Source: a virus
Taxonomy: Duplodnaviria > Caudoviricetes
Length of the DNA: 35,524 nucleotides
Direction: 5' to 3' (one strand)
Virus record (IMG/VR): IMGVR_UViG_3300031857_011941
Span: 1 to 35,524 of that record
Shown here piece by piece: positions 9,163-17,549 of this stretch. The notes below the pieces were generated by a model that was given only the letters and a program-made list of their open reading frames with translations, was not told the DNA's origin and did not search any database. Both the position numbers and the translations under genes were made by a program. Numbering within the stretch: the stretch's first letter is position 1; each line of letters opens with the position of its first letter.

Positions 9163-9889
9163 ATTCTTTTCTGATGTTATATCCAAGGTTATCAAGCCAT
9201 TGTGTTAGTACATCTGCAAACTGTGCATGTCCAGATTCGCTTAAATGTCCTGTCTCTAATCTTCTCAATGGATCATGTTGTTCAGCCCACTGTTTAATAT
9301 AAAAATCATGCAGTTGATACAAATTACTTTGTTGTTGACACCATTGCACCTGGTGCAATGATTCTATATATGGAAAAGAGTGTACTGGAATTTCTGTGTT
9401 CTTTGCTGCCGAAAAACAAAATAATGTTGCACCTAGTGACTCAACGGTATGAGCAAACATATACAATGATGTATAGAAATCCGTTAATTGTTTGTGTACA
9501 AACAAATCTTCAGTAATCAAACACTTTTGTTCTATAGTAGCTTGATTTAACCCTGTCAGTACATCTAGAGTTACTAGACAAGGTTTGCAATGTTCTAATT
9601 TACGCTCTCGGTCTGGAATACGACTAATCACTTGTTGGTTATCACCGTAATACCAAACTTCTAACCGTCTTACAAAACTCCAACCAACAATAACTAATGG
9701 ATTAGTATACTGTTGTTTAAGCTCTGCTAATGTTTCTATTGTGCTTCTACAAATACGATCGTTATTGCTGCCGCTCTTGGCAATATTAATCACCGGCAAT
9801 CTGGATTTCTTGTGCAAAAAATCTGAGTAGACCTTATGTCTATTTTTTTCAGAATAGCTGTCACCATTGATCAAGATGCAGTCAAACAT
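9155..9889 (-). CDS. SGNH/GDSL hydrolase-like protein
   Basis: LINGDSY, SGSNN, LVIVGWS and GHLSESGHAQFA. Confidence 0.6.
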   Translation of the reverse strand: MFDCILINGDSYSEKNRHKVYSDFLHKKSRLPVINIAKSGSNNDRICRSTIETLAELKQQYTNPLVIVGWSFVRRLEVWYYGDNQQVISRIPDRERKLEHCKPCLVTLDVLTGLNQATIEQKCLITEDLFVHKQLTDFYTSLYMFAHTVESLGATLFCFSAAKNTEIPVHSFPYIESLHQVQWCQQQSNLYQLHDFYIKQWAEQHDPLRRLETGHLSESGHAQFADVLTQWLDNLGYNIRKEYD

Positions 9890-10735
9890 TTACTTACCCC
9901 AGCCATTGCCCCAAAGATCAACGTGTAATCTTGGGCTATACCAGTAGCCACGTTTGAGTGCTTCGTCAGCAACGTTGATACGATTGCCATCGTACACACT
10001 GACAACACCACCCACGGGCATTACAAACACAGGACCTGAAAACTGTGCAAGCCTGTACTCATCAACAGCACGATCCAATTCGTCAAAGTCTTGCACCTTC
10101 TCAACCACAAACTTGAGATAAGTTATACCATATGTTTCAAGATCAAAAATAATCTCTGGCTTGATTGCCTCTTCCCACTTCTCGCCTGACACACTGAGCT
10201 TGGGACTTACACTGAATGTGATCTCACCGTGCCAGTTATTCAAATACAGTTTGAAGTCTCTTGATAATTCTTGAGTACCATTGGTCTCAAATGTGATGTG
10301 TCGTAAGCCACGCTCGTGTAGTTTATCCAACAATGCAGGATATGCACGTTGCCAACCCAGCAAGGGCTCGCCACCTGTGATAACCAAGTGTACAGGATTA
10401 CCATTGGGCTGTTGCCAGTTTCCATGCGGCAACAATGCTGCCATCTTTTCCACCAGCTCATCTTCTGTGTAGGTAGGACTGAGTTCTTTGAATGCAGGAT
10501 GCCATGACGCATAGCTGTCACAGCCAGTGCTCACCAGTGGCAGTTCTTCAAATGTCTTGTAGAGATGCACACTCTTGGCAACTTCATCTGCTTCTTTGCT
10601 AGACTCGCCTGGCTTGCAACCAAACCCTGAACAGGTGAAGTTACACCCAAACATACGAAGAAACACGCTGGGCACACCAACATAGCGACCTTCACCTTGT
10701 GCTGAATAAAATAGTTCTGATACTTTAAATTTCAT
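9890..10735 (-). CDS. queE: 7-carboxy-7-deazaguanine synthase (radical SAM)
   Basis: ELFYSAQGEG..VGVPSVFLRMFGCNFTC...CDS, VITGGEPL, FETNGT, SVSPKL and SPRLHVDLWG. Confidence 0.9.
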   Translation of the reverse strand: MKFKVSELFYSAQGEGRYVGVPSVFLRMFGCNFTCSGFGCKPGESSKEADEVAKSVHLYKTFEELPLVSTGCDSYASWHPAFKELSPTYTEDELVEKMAALLPHGNWQQPNGNPVHLVITGGEPLLGWQRAYPALLDKLHERGLRHITFETNGTQELSRDFKLYLNNWHGEITFSVSPKLSVSGEKWEEAIKPEIIFDLETYGITYLKFVVEKVQDFDELDRAVDEYRLAQFSGPVFVMPVGGVVSVYDGNRINVADEALKRGYWYSPRLHVDLWGNGWGK

Positions 10736-11520
10736 AATTTTCTTGCTTTAACTAGTAGATGCCAACCCAAATATTCTTTAACAGCTTGACGATGCGATTC
10801 TGTCATGGCTTCAAACCACGGTTCCAATTCATAACGCCCTGCCTTGTACGAATCTACATTATACATGAAACAGTGGTCCTGACGCAACCTCTCAATGTAC
10901 CATCCATTGTCTCTGTTCATCAATTGGTGAATTTCATCTTTGCTGAATGCCTGTGCGTATGGACAACCTGCTTGTGCTTCAAATTGGTCTAGACCCTTTT
11001 GGATCATAGCATACTTCCAGGAGTTTTTGGCATACACCATAAATCGGAATTCACCACCATATTTGACCACTTCATGTACATTGGCAATAATCTTGTCAAT
11101 GCCCGGGAAGTGATGTATCACACCGTAACTGTAAACAAGATCAAACTCACCTAGTTTGGCAAGTGCTACTCCATCAGTTGCATCTACATTGTAGAACTCG
11201 CCTTCAAGGCCTAGTGTTTCGAATCGTTGCTTGCTTAATGCAATACTTTGATCGCTCAAGTCGATACCCACATACTCAGCACCATGCTTGGCAAATTCTT
11301 CTGCATCTGATCCAATGCCGCAACCGATTTCCAACACACGTTTGCCAGCCCACAAGTGAAACCCTGCAAATTCAGCAATGTGCGGCTCTACACGATAGCG
11401 TCGCTCGCTTACTTCACGAAAAAACTCGGGTGTGCCAAGATCACTTTGTCCATGTTTAATATTACACGGTTGTGTGTTCCAGTAGCGTTTAATACGTTCT
11501 TCAAGACTTAATTGTTGCAT
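10732..11520 (-). CDS. class I SAM-dependent methyltransferase
   Basis: VLEIGCGIG, GIDLS and FDLVYSYGVIHH; start moved to ATG 11520. Confidence 0.85.
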   Translation of the reverse strand: MQQLSLEERIKRYWNTQPCNIKHGQSDLGTPEFFREVSERRYRVEPHIAEFAGFHLWAGKRVLEIGCGIGSDAEEFAKHGAEYVGIDLSDQSIALSKQRFETLGLEGEFYNVDATDGVALAKLGEFDLVYSYGVIHHFPGIDKIIANVHEVVKYGGEFRFMVYAKNSWKYAMIQKGLDQFEAQAGCPYAQAFSKDEIHQLMNRDNGWYIERLRQDHCFMYNVDSYKAGRYELEPWFEAMTESHRQAVKEYLGWHLLVKARKL

Positions 11521-12388
11521 TGTTTTTTTCTGCTTCCTGTTGACGTGCCTTTTCAGCAAAGTGGCTGTGAGGATTTTTAAACTGCACCATTTGTTTGTTA
11601 ACATCGTTTAACGCTAACTTTTCCCAGGGATCTTGTGTACCACGGAAGATGTTGGCAAAGAAACTCATGTCTTGACCACATTCAGTTTCGAGATACTGTG
11701 CTATTTTTGCACAGTCAGTATGACGAACGTCCATTTGCTGTACGCTGTGAAAGTCTCGTGGATCTCGAGGATTGCCTTCTAACATGGGACGATTCTGGAA
11801 TGTTTCGTCTCCATTGTTGCCTGTAAGGTCATGGCGATCATGCAACACATCAACTGGAATACGTTCCCAGATGTCCAGCATGTAAGCCTGCTGACTTAAC
11901 CATGCATCAGAGATTTGATGCGGGCTTAGGTATCCCAACAAGTCCAACCACTTGCGTGGCACAATAGGAAATATACTGTAAGGATGATCATTGTGTGTAT
12001 GAAAGGCCAACAGCTTGAACTCACCATCGTGAGTCATAATTTCTTGATCCCACCCACCTGTTTCCATCACAGCATCATCGTTCCAGAATACCAACCAACG
12101 TGCATCACTCTTGCGAGCAAGTTCATTCACATATTCATTGAGACGAATGTATCCCAGGGGATTGAACGTCATTGCTGTGTAGTTTACCTTGTGTTCGTCC
12201 AGCCAAGGCTGTAGTTCATCAACAAAACATTGTGTGCCCACATCATCGTCGTTGTCAAACCCAAACATGATTTGAATGCGACTTGGGTCAGCCGCTAGTT
12301 CAATCACGCTTTTTACACTGCGTTCTAGTGAGTCTGATCGCCCACGAGTGGGCAACAAGATTGCAATATCAAATTCAGGTGTTGTCAT
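11501..12388 (-). CDS. GT-A (GT2-like) glycosyltransferase
   Basis: IAILLPTRGR, GFDNDD and WLVFWNDDA (DxD-like). Confidence 0.7.
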   Translation of the reverse strand: MTTPEFDIAILLPTRGRSDSLERSVKSVIELAADPSRIQIMFGFDNDDDVGTQCFVDELQPWLDEHKVNYTAMTFNPLGYIRLNEYVNELARKSDARWLVFWNDDAVMETGGWDQEIMTHDGEFKLLAFHTHNDHPYSIFPIVPRKWLDLLGYLSPHQISDAWLSQQAYMLDIWERIPVDVLHDRHDLTGNNGDETFQNRPMLEGNPRDPRDFHSVQQMDVRHTDCAKIAQYLETECGQDMSFFANIFRGTQDPWEKLALNDVNKQMVQFKNPHSHFAEKARQQEAEKNNATIKS

Positions 12389-12939
12389 TCAAATAAATCC
12401 TCATTCCATTCTCTATGGCCTTCTCTAAACGCCATGTTTGCTTGTGTTTCACGTACTTCCACTCGGTAGCACCACAGGCGTTGTGCTTCACCCTCGCCCC
12501 AAAAGTCTGGAATGTAAACACCGTTCACATACTTGTACAGCATGTCAGCAAGTGATTCACATCCTACTCTGGGCAAGATTGTAAGTTTAGCCAGTTTACG
12601 ACGTTCCATTTCTTTGTAGAACTCTAATTCAGGATCATCTGCACTGACCAGGGTTGTGTGATCAAATTGATCTTCTAAAATTTTCTTGAGTTCTTTCAAT
12701 CCGCCATAGTCAGCGGCCCAGTTGCGAACATCAAGGTCGTTTGTACCAAAGTAAAACTTCATTGAGAAACTGTAACCATGATTCAAGTTACAATGACTGT
12801 CAGCCCTCCATTGGCGATAAGCACAAGGAAATGCGTCAATGTACTCTTTGGTACTGGTAAACTTGTATTGAACAGGTCCGCGATATGGAAGATTTTGTTC
12901 CATGTGTTTAATTAGATCCTGAGTTGATGATAGTGCCAT
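12385..12939 (-). CDS. queD: 6-carboxy-5,6,7,8-tetrahydropterin synthase
   Basis: SHCNLNHGY (CxxxHG), DYGGLK, FDHT, GCESLA and VEVRET. Confidence 0.88.
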   Translation of the reverse strand: MALSSTQDLIKHMEQNLPYRGPVQYKFTSTKEYIDAFPCAYRQWRADSHCNLNHGYSFSMKFYFGTNDLDVRNWAADYGGLKELKKILEDQFDHTTLVSADDPELEFYKEMERRKLAKLTILPRVGCESLADMLYKYVNGVYIPDFWGEGEAQRLWCYRVEVRETQANMAFREGHREWNEDLFE

Positions 12940-12945
12940 TATTAT

Positions 12946-13014
12946 TCTCCTATGTTAAATTTTAGCATAGGCTTGCAGAATTTATATAGCGGGATGAATG
13001 CTCTAAAGGCCGCT
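12946..13014 (-). ncRNA. candidate preQ1-I-like riboswitch with an SD-sequestering hairpin upstream of queD
   Basis: Stem AGCGG/CCGCU, 17-nt loop ending CAUC, A-rich tail AUAUAAAUUCUG able to pair with loop UAGAG; then CCUAUG...CAUAGG covering part of AGGAGA. Confidence 0.55.
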
Positions 13015-13025
13015 GAGATCATTAC

Positions 13026-13427
13026 TTATGCTGGCTTTGTGTAACCACTAGCTTTATAGTTGGCCTGTCCGTGGATCACGCCTCGAACACCGCCAATGGG
13101 ATTGGCACAATCTCCTACCCGTCGTGGAATCAAGTGTATGTGTGGATACATCACAGTTTGACCTGCTGCCTCGCCGCAGTTGATACCCACGTTGTAGGCT
13201 TCCCACTCGCCGGTTACCACTTTGTGATGACCAAAACGGAAAGCATACTTCAAGGCTTCTTCGATAATTTCATTCTTGTTCCACCGTGGCACAAACAACA
13301 AATGTCCCTTGGCCACTGGGTAAGCATCACGGAACACAGCCACATGATAGTCTGAATGCTCTGTGGCCTCATCTGACCATGGTGCGGCACCTGCTGCCGC
13401 TGCCTCTTCTAGTGTTTCATATCTCAT
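13026..13427 (-). CDS. HIT family nucleotide hydrolase
   Basis: DAYPVAKGHLLFVP and YNVGINCGEAAGQTVMYPHIHLIPR. Confidence 0.88.
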   Translation of the reverse strand: MRYETLEEAAAAGAAPWSDEATEHSDYHVAVFRDAYPVAKGHLLFVPRWNKNEIIEEALKYAFRFGHHKVVTGEWEAYNVGINCGEAAGQTVMYPHIHLIPRRVGDCANPIGGVRGVIHGQANYKASGYTKPA

Positions 13428-14236
13428 CTTGGGGCAAACTCCTGTTGTAATTTAATGTTGTCAAAAAACTCTTTCTTCACAGACGGATCAGTCTTAAAAG
13501 CACCTTTGAGCACTGTGGTCTGTGTGAGACTAGAGTGTGCCATAATGCCGCGATTCTCACAACATCCATGTGTGGCCTGAATGTACACTGCTACGTTTTC
13601 GGAGTCAGTAGCTTTACTAATCTCACGGGCAATGTCGTTACAAAGTTCCTCCTGGAGAGTTCCTCGTCTAGCGCACCATTGAGCGATTCGGGTATACTTA
13701 CTAAGACCAATAAGTGTATTGGCAGCAATAATGCCAATATAAGCAACGCCAGCCACAGGTTGGTGATGATGGCTACACATACTGCGCAACTCACTACGTA
13801 CAACCAACATACCCTCATAACGATCCGCCGAATCATTTGGAAACGCTGTGGCGTCAGGTCCTGGTTCATATCTACCCTCCATAATTTCATTGAAGTACAT
13901 TTTAGCAAGTCGTCTTGCTGTGCCATGCGAGTTTGGATCTGTTTCTCGATCAATTAGCAAGCGGTCAAGCACCAGTTCAAACGCTTCAGTTGCTTCATCT
14001 ATAAGGGTATGTTTCATCTCTTCTGACACATAATCACTAATGTTGTCGCCTGCCCAAAAACGTTTGTTATCACGTTTCATCTTGGTACGAATGGCATCTG
14101 CTAGATACCCTTCTTCGTAGCCCTTGTCGCTCATGTCCTTGCTGGCTTTTTCAATTGGGGACTGATGTTTGTCAGGTACGAATGTGTTTTTTGAATCCGA
14201 ATGGATAACGGGATGCGGGATAAAGTCTTTTGTCAA
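13424..14236 (-). CDS. folE: GTP cyclohydrolase I
   Basis: TARRLAKMY, SMCSHH, IGLSKYTR, LQEEL and HGCCENRG; TTG start with GGAG SD. Confidence 0.95.
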   Translation of the reverse strand: MTKDFIPHPVIHSDSKNTFVPDKHQSPIEKASKDMSDKGYEEGYLADAIRTKMKRDNKRFWAGDNISDYVSEEMKHTLIDEATEAFELVLDRLLIDRETDPNSHGTARRLAKMYFNEIMEGRYEPGPDATAFPNDSADRYEGMLVVRSELRSMCSHHHQPVAGVAYIGIIAANTLIGLSKYTRIAQWCARRGTLQEELCNDIAREISKATDSENVAVYIQATHGCCENRGIMAHSSLTQTTVLKGAFKTDPSVKKEFFDNIKLQQEFAPR

Positions 14237-14275
14237 TTTAGTTCTCCGAGTTAATGACGTGGATGTCTTTGTGCT

Positions 14276-14304
14276 ATTGTAATGTATTTAGATCGTTGTG
14301 TCAA
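14276..14304 (-). promoter_or_regulatory. sigma70 promoter of folE with embedded GATCTAAATA
   Basis: TTGACA-17 nt (caacGATCTAAATAcat)-TACAAT. Confidence 0.8.
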
Positions 14305-14897
14305 GGTATAATTTTAATTTTACGTAGATCTGGATAATCTACTGGTATTGGACTTGGCCGATTTACCTTGACTCCTTCTAACAAGGCAAGTCCTTGAATG
14401 GCTTCTTCAATTGTGGGTTTGTAGTGATAGCCAACTCGAAATACCTGTTGTGATTCCCATGGTTTGATGGTCAAGTCTCTGCCGTCATAACGTTGAGCCA
14501 GCATGGTATCGTAGGCTTCAACATCATCAAGAAGGATAGCACCACCACGACCAATGTGTAATGGTTTGCCATGCCCAAAACTCAAGCAGGTCAATGTGTC
14601 TGGGCGATACATATCTTGTTCGAGTCGGCGAGCACTATCCCAAATACGTGTTTCAAGTATGGGATATTCACCAACCCATCGTTGCCAGGCATGATCAAGA
14701 TATTCATACTCAATGCCTAACTTGTGCATGGTCATTGGTATACTCAAGTATGTGTAAGGTTGCATCTTACAATGTTTGACCTGATCATATCGTAGGCACA
14801 TTTCGATTGCATGGGTACAGCAATCGGTCATGATTGCATACGGAGCACCTGTAAACTCCGCTAGTGCTCGTTCAAACTGTAGTATTTTATCGAACAT
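14301..14897 (-). CDS. short DegT/DnrJ/EryC1-like PLP-dependent aminotransferase
   Basis: FERALAEFTGAPYAI..DCCTHAI, IWDSA and SFGHGKPLHIGRGGAI (PLP lysine motif); about 200 aa, shorter than typical members. Confidence 0.75.
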   Translation of the reverse strand: MFDKILQFERALAEFTGAPYAIMTDCCTHAIEMCLRYDQVKHCKMQPYTYLSIPMTMHKLGIEYEYLDHAWQRWVGEYPILETRIWDSARRLEQDMYRPDTLTCLSFGHGKPLHIGRGGAILLDDVEAYDTMLAQRYDGRDLTIKPWESQQVFRVGYHYKPTIEEAIQGLALLEGVKVNRPSPIPVDYPDLRKIKIIP

Positions 14898-15834
14898 ACC
14901 AAGCCCAGGCATGAGTGATCATATCGTCTAGCGTGTACTTTTGCCAGTCTTTGTACACTTGCCCAAACTTGTCTGCACTAGCAGTTAACACAGCAGGATC
15001 TCCTTCACGCTTGTTGCCAACTACTACTTTTAACTGGCGTCCTGTAATACGTGTGGCTGCCTTGATAATTTCTGCATTGCTGGTACCTTGATTGGTTCCA
15101 AGATTGTACACACCAGGGGCAAGATTATCGTACAACGCACTCACGTGCGCATCGGCAATGTCTTGTACGTGAACGTAATCACGTACACAAGTACCATCTT
15201 CGGTGGCATAGTCGGTACCATACAATGTAAATGGTGTGTCGTCTCGCAAACTCTCTAGCACTCGGGCAATGATATGTGTGGCACCTGGCTCTTGTCCATG
15301 TCGAGCTTGCATGTCTGCACCACACGCATTGAAGTATCGGAATGCCACGTAGTCTAAGTTGTATGCCTTATGATAACTTTCCAACATCATCTCTACCATG
15401 AGCTTGCTTTCGCCGTAAGGACTAACAGGCTCGGTGGGATCAACTTCGTGACAAGGAGGCATAATTGGTTCACCGTACACAGCCGCTGAGGAACTGAAAA
15501 TAAATCTAACTTTAGGCAAGGCCTGCACAATAAAGTTCAGCAAGTTCATGGTCTTGGCCACGTTGTTGCCGTAGTAGTCCGAAGGCTTCTTGATACTGGG
15601 ACCAACCAAGCTGGTGCCTGCACAATGTATAATGGCATCGGGCTGGGTTTCTAACAATTTCTTGTAGGCAATGTCGCTGTCAAAGTCGGCTTGAAGAAAA
15701 TTATCAAGTTGTCCTACTTGATGTTTTTGCAAAGGTCTACGGTCAATACCTATAACAGTATGTCCCGCACCTTTTAACTGCAAGGCAATTTGTCCGCCAA
15801 TGTAGCCGGCGACGCCTGTGACTATTACATTCAT
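14887..15834 (-). CDS. galE: UDP-glucose 4-epimerase
   Basis: VTGVAGYIG, FSSSAAVYG, SPYGESK, RYFNACGA and DGTCVRDYVHV. Confidence 0.92.
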   Translation of the reverse strand: MNVIVTGVAGYIGGQIALQLKGAGHTVIGIDRRPLQKHQVGQLDNFLQADFDSDIAYKKLLETQPDAIIHCAGTSLVGPSIKKPSDYYGNNVAKTMNLLNFIVQALPKVRFIFSSSAAVYGEPIMPPCHEVDPTEPVSPYGESKLMVEMMLESYHKAYNLDYVAFRYFNACGADMQARHGQEPGATHIIARVLESLRDDTPFTLYGTDYATEDGTCVRDYVHVQDIADAHVSALYDNLAPGVYNLGTNQGTSNAEIIKAATRITGRQLKVVVGNKREGDPAVLTASADKFGQVYKDWQKYTLDDMITHAWAWYVR

Positions 15835-17033
15835 GTTTCAATCTTTACAACTTGATATTTTTCATGCGCAACATGATCACGATAGCGATTGCCTGCACGA
15901 TTCCACTGCTCGCCTTGACCTTGCATGATATCAATCACACGGTCAATAGTGCCGTTGTTCCAGTCCGAGATAAGTCCCATGTTGTGATGTGGCTTGTGCA
16001 ACATGTTTTGCATTTTGTGATAAGCATCATCAATTGACCAAGGCACATACAAGCGTTCTGGGTCGTTGGCAAAAGTCTCTGGGAAACTGCGATATGCAGG
16101 ATACACAACATTTGCACCCAATGTATCTGCTTCGGATACTGTATTACTTACCCAATCTTGCAAGGCACAGTTGAACAGCACTCTGGTGTCGTTTAATAAC
16201 GCATAGTAATCGTTCTTGCTGAGGTTCTCATAGATCTTGAGCTTGCCTTGTGCTTCCATTTGTCTAGCACGAGTAATAAACTCTGGATTGTTGCTACGCA
16301 ACGGACCACCTTGGAAGATAGCAAACTCACATGGTTGGTTGGTCAACTGCCCATACATCTCAATCAAGTCCATGAAGAAACCTGGCTGCTTCTCTTGATC
16401 AAAACGTGCGGCAAATCCCACACGACGTGGACGCTGATCAAACGGACGAATGTTTTCTGCACCGCCGATGCGCCCTAGTACTTCTTCCTTGCCAAATGCT
16501 AGGCCACTAATATTGTATATAGGAGCACGCCATCCAGCAATGCGCATATGAGCAACCATCTCTTCGTTCGTTGCGAGAACTCCATCCACGAACTCATTAA
16601 CCATCTGTTCGTAGAGTCCCATCCATTTTGCCATACCCCATACGTGTACGAAGTCATCAGGATCAATGGACTGAGCAAGACAGCGCACATACACGCGAGG
16701 ACGTTGATCAGCAGGAACCTGATTAAGGATGTAGGGTAAACTTTCAATACCGGGTTGAAACATGTCTTCAAAGTAGATAACATCCGCACTAGTAACCTCT
16801 CCATTCTTCATCATTTGAACCAAGTTCATCATTTGGCTCATACTAAAATAACTGCGTCCATGTGCGTCTAGCACCTGTCCTACTGAAATAGCTTGGCTAT
16901 TGTCAATAGTGGTTCCAGGAACATACACAACGTCAAGACCTCTGCGGTCAAACACTCGCCGGTTCCATTCTGTGAGCTGTAATGTGTATCGGGCTTCATA
17001 GCTCTCTAAGCCCATGTAAAACAGCTTTCTCAT
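15831..17033 (-). CDS. GT-B (GT4-like) glycosyltransferase
   Basis: VGFAARFDQEKQPGFF and VLFNCALQDWVSNTVSEADTLGANVVYP match the GT-B C-terminal donor-binding pattern; start moved to ATG 17033. Confidence 0.75.
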   Translation of the reverse strand: MRKLFYMGLESYEARYTLQLTEWNRRVFDRRGLDVVYVPGTTIDNSQAISVGQVLDAHGRSYFSMSQMMNLVQMMKNGEVTSADVIYFEDMFQPGIESLPYILNQVPADQRPRVYVRCLAQSIDPDDFVHVWGMAKWMGLYEQMVNEFVDGVLATNEEMVAHMRIAGWRAPIYNISGLAFGKEEVLGRIGGAENIRPFDQRPRRVGFAARFDQEKQPGFFMDLIEMYGQLTNQPCEFAIFQGGPLRSNNPEFITRARQMEAQGKLKIYENLSKNDYYALLNDTRVLFNCALQDWVSNTVSEADTLGANVVYPAYRSFPETFANDPERLYVPWSIDDAYHKMQNMLHKPHHNMGLISDWNNGTIDRVIDIMQGQGEQWNRAGNRYRDHVAHEKYQVVKIET

Positions 17034-17257
17034 GCTGGACGATATCCAGCAAAGCGTCGAGCATCTTCCCACCACATGTTCTTGGCATTCTTGCCCAACA
17101 TGTATTTGTTGAACTGCTGCCACGCATAGCTCTTGAAGTTATACAAGTCCGCTTCGTTATAGCGGTAGCCATAGTCCTGGCAGAACTCCAGGTACTTTTC
17201 GAGATCCTCGTAGATCTCGATCACACGTGGGTTGGATTTGATTGTAGGCTTGGCCAT
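17030..17257 (-). CDS. small hypothetical phage protein
   Basis: AAGGA SD before ATG 17257 (MAKPTIK); 4-nt overlap with the glycosyltransferase start. Confidence 0.7.
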   Translation of the reverse strand: MAKPTIKSNPRVIEIYEDLEKYLEFCQDYGYRYNEADLYNFKSYAWQQFNKYMLGKNAKNMWWEDARRFAGYRPA

Positions 17258-17291
17258 TTTATTTTCCTTAAATTTAAGATAATTTACAACG

Positions 17292-17549
17292 TTATGATAC
17301 TGACTGTTTACTTGATTCAACTGTTGAAACGTGTTCAATGTAGTCTTTGTAACTCTTGTTTTTATGATTATGCAGTCTTTTGTAATATAAGTCTATCACT
17401 GTTTTTGCCGATCTGAAGGGAAACAATGACGGAATTAATCCATGCACAATAGACAAAATTCCGGCCCATATCATTGTAAAGCCTGCTGACACTGCCCATC
17501 GACAATGACTACTATATGATTCTTGACTATCCTGTAGGTGTTTAAACAT
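17292..17549 (-). CDS. small membrane-associated protein (DUF6356-like)
   Basis: HL...ESYSSH...A...G..M....hydrophobic segment..HG..P.LF pattern. Confidence 0.5.
   Translation of the reverse strand: MFKHLQDSQESYSSHCRWAVSAGFTMIWAGILSIVHGLIPSLFPFRSAKTVIDLYYKRLHNHKNKSYKDYIEHVSTVESSKQSVS

Noticed and set aside
14256-14267. GAC-AUCCAC-GUC hairpin in the folE leader as a riboswitch
   Set aside because: A 3-bp stem is too small to support a call without homolog alignments
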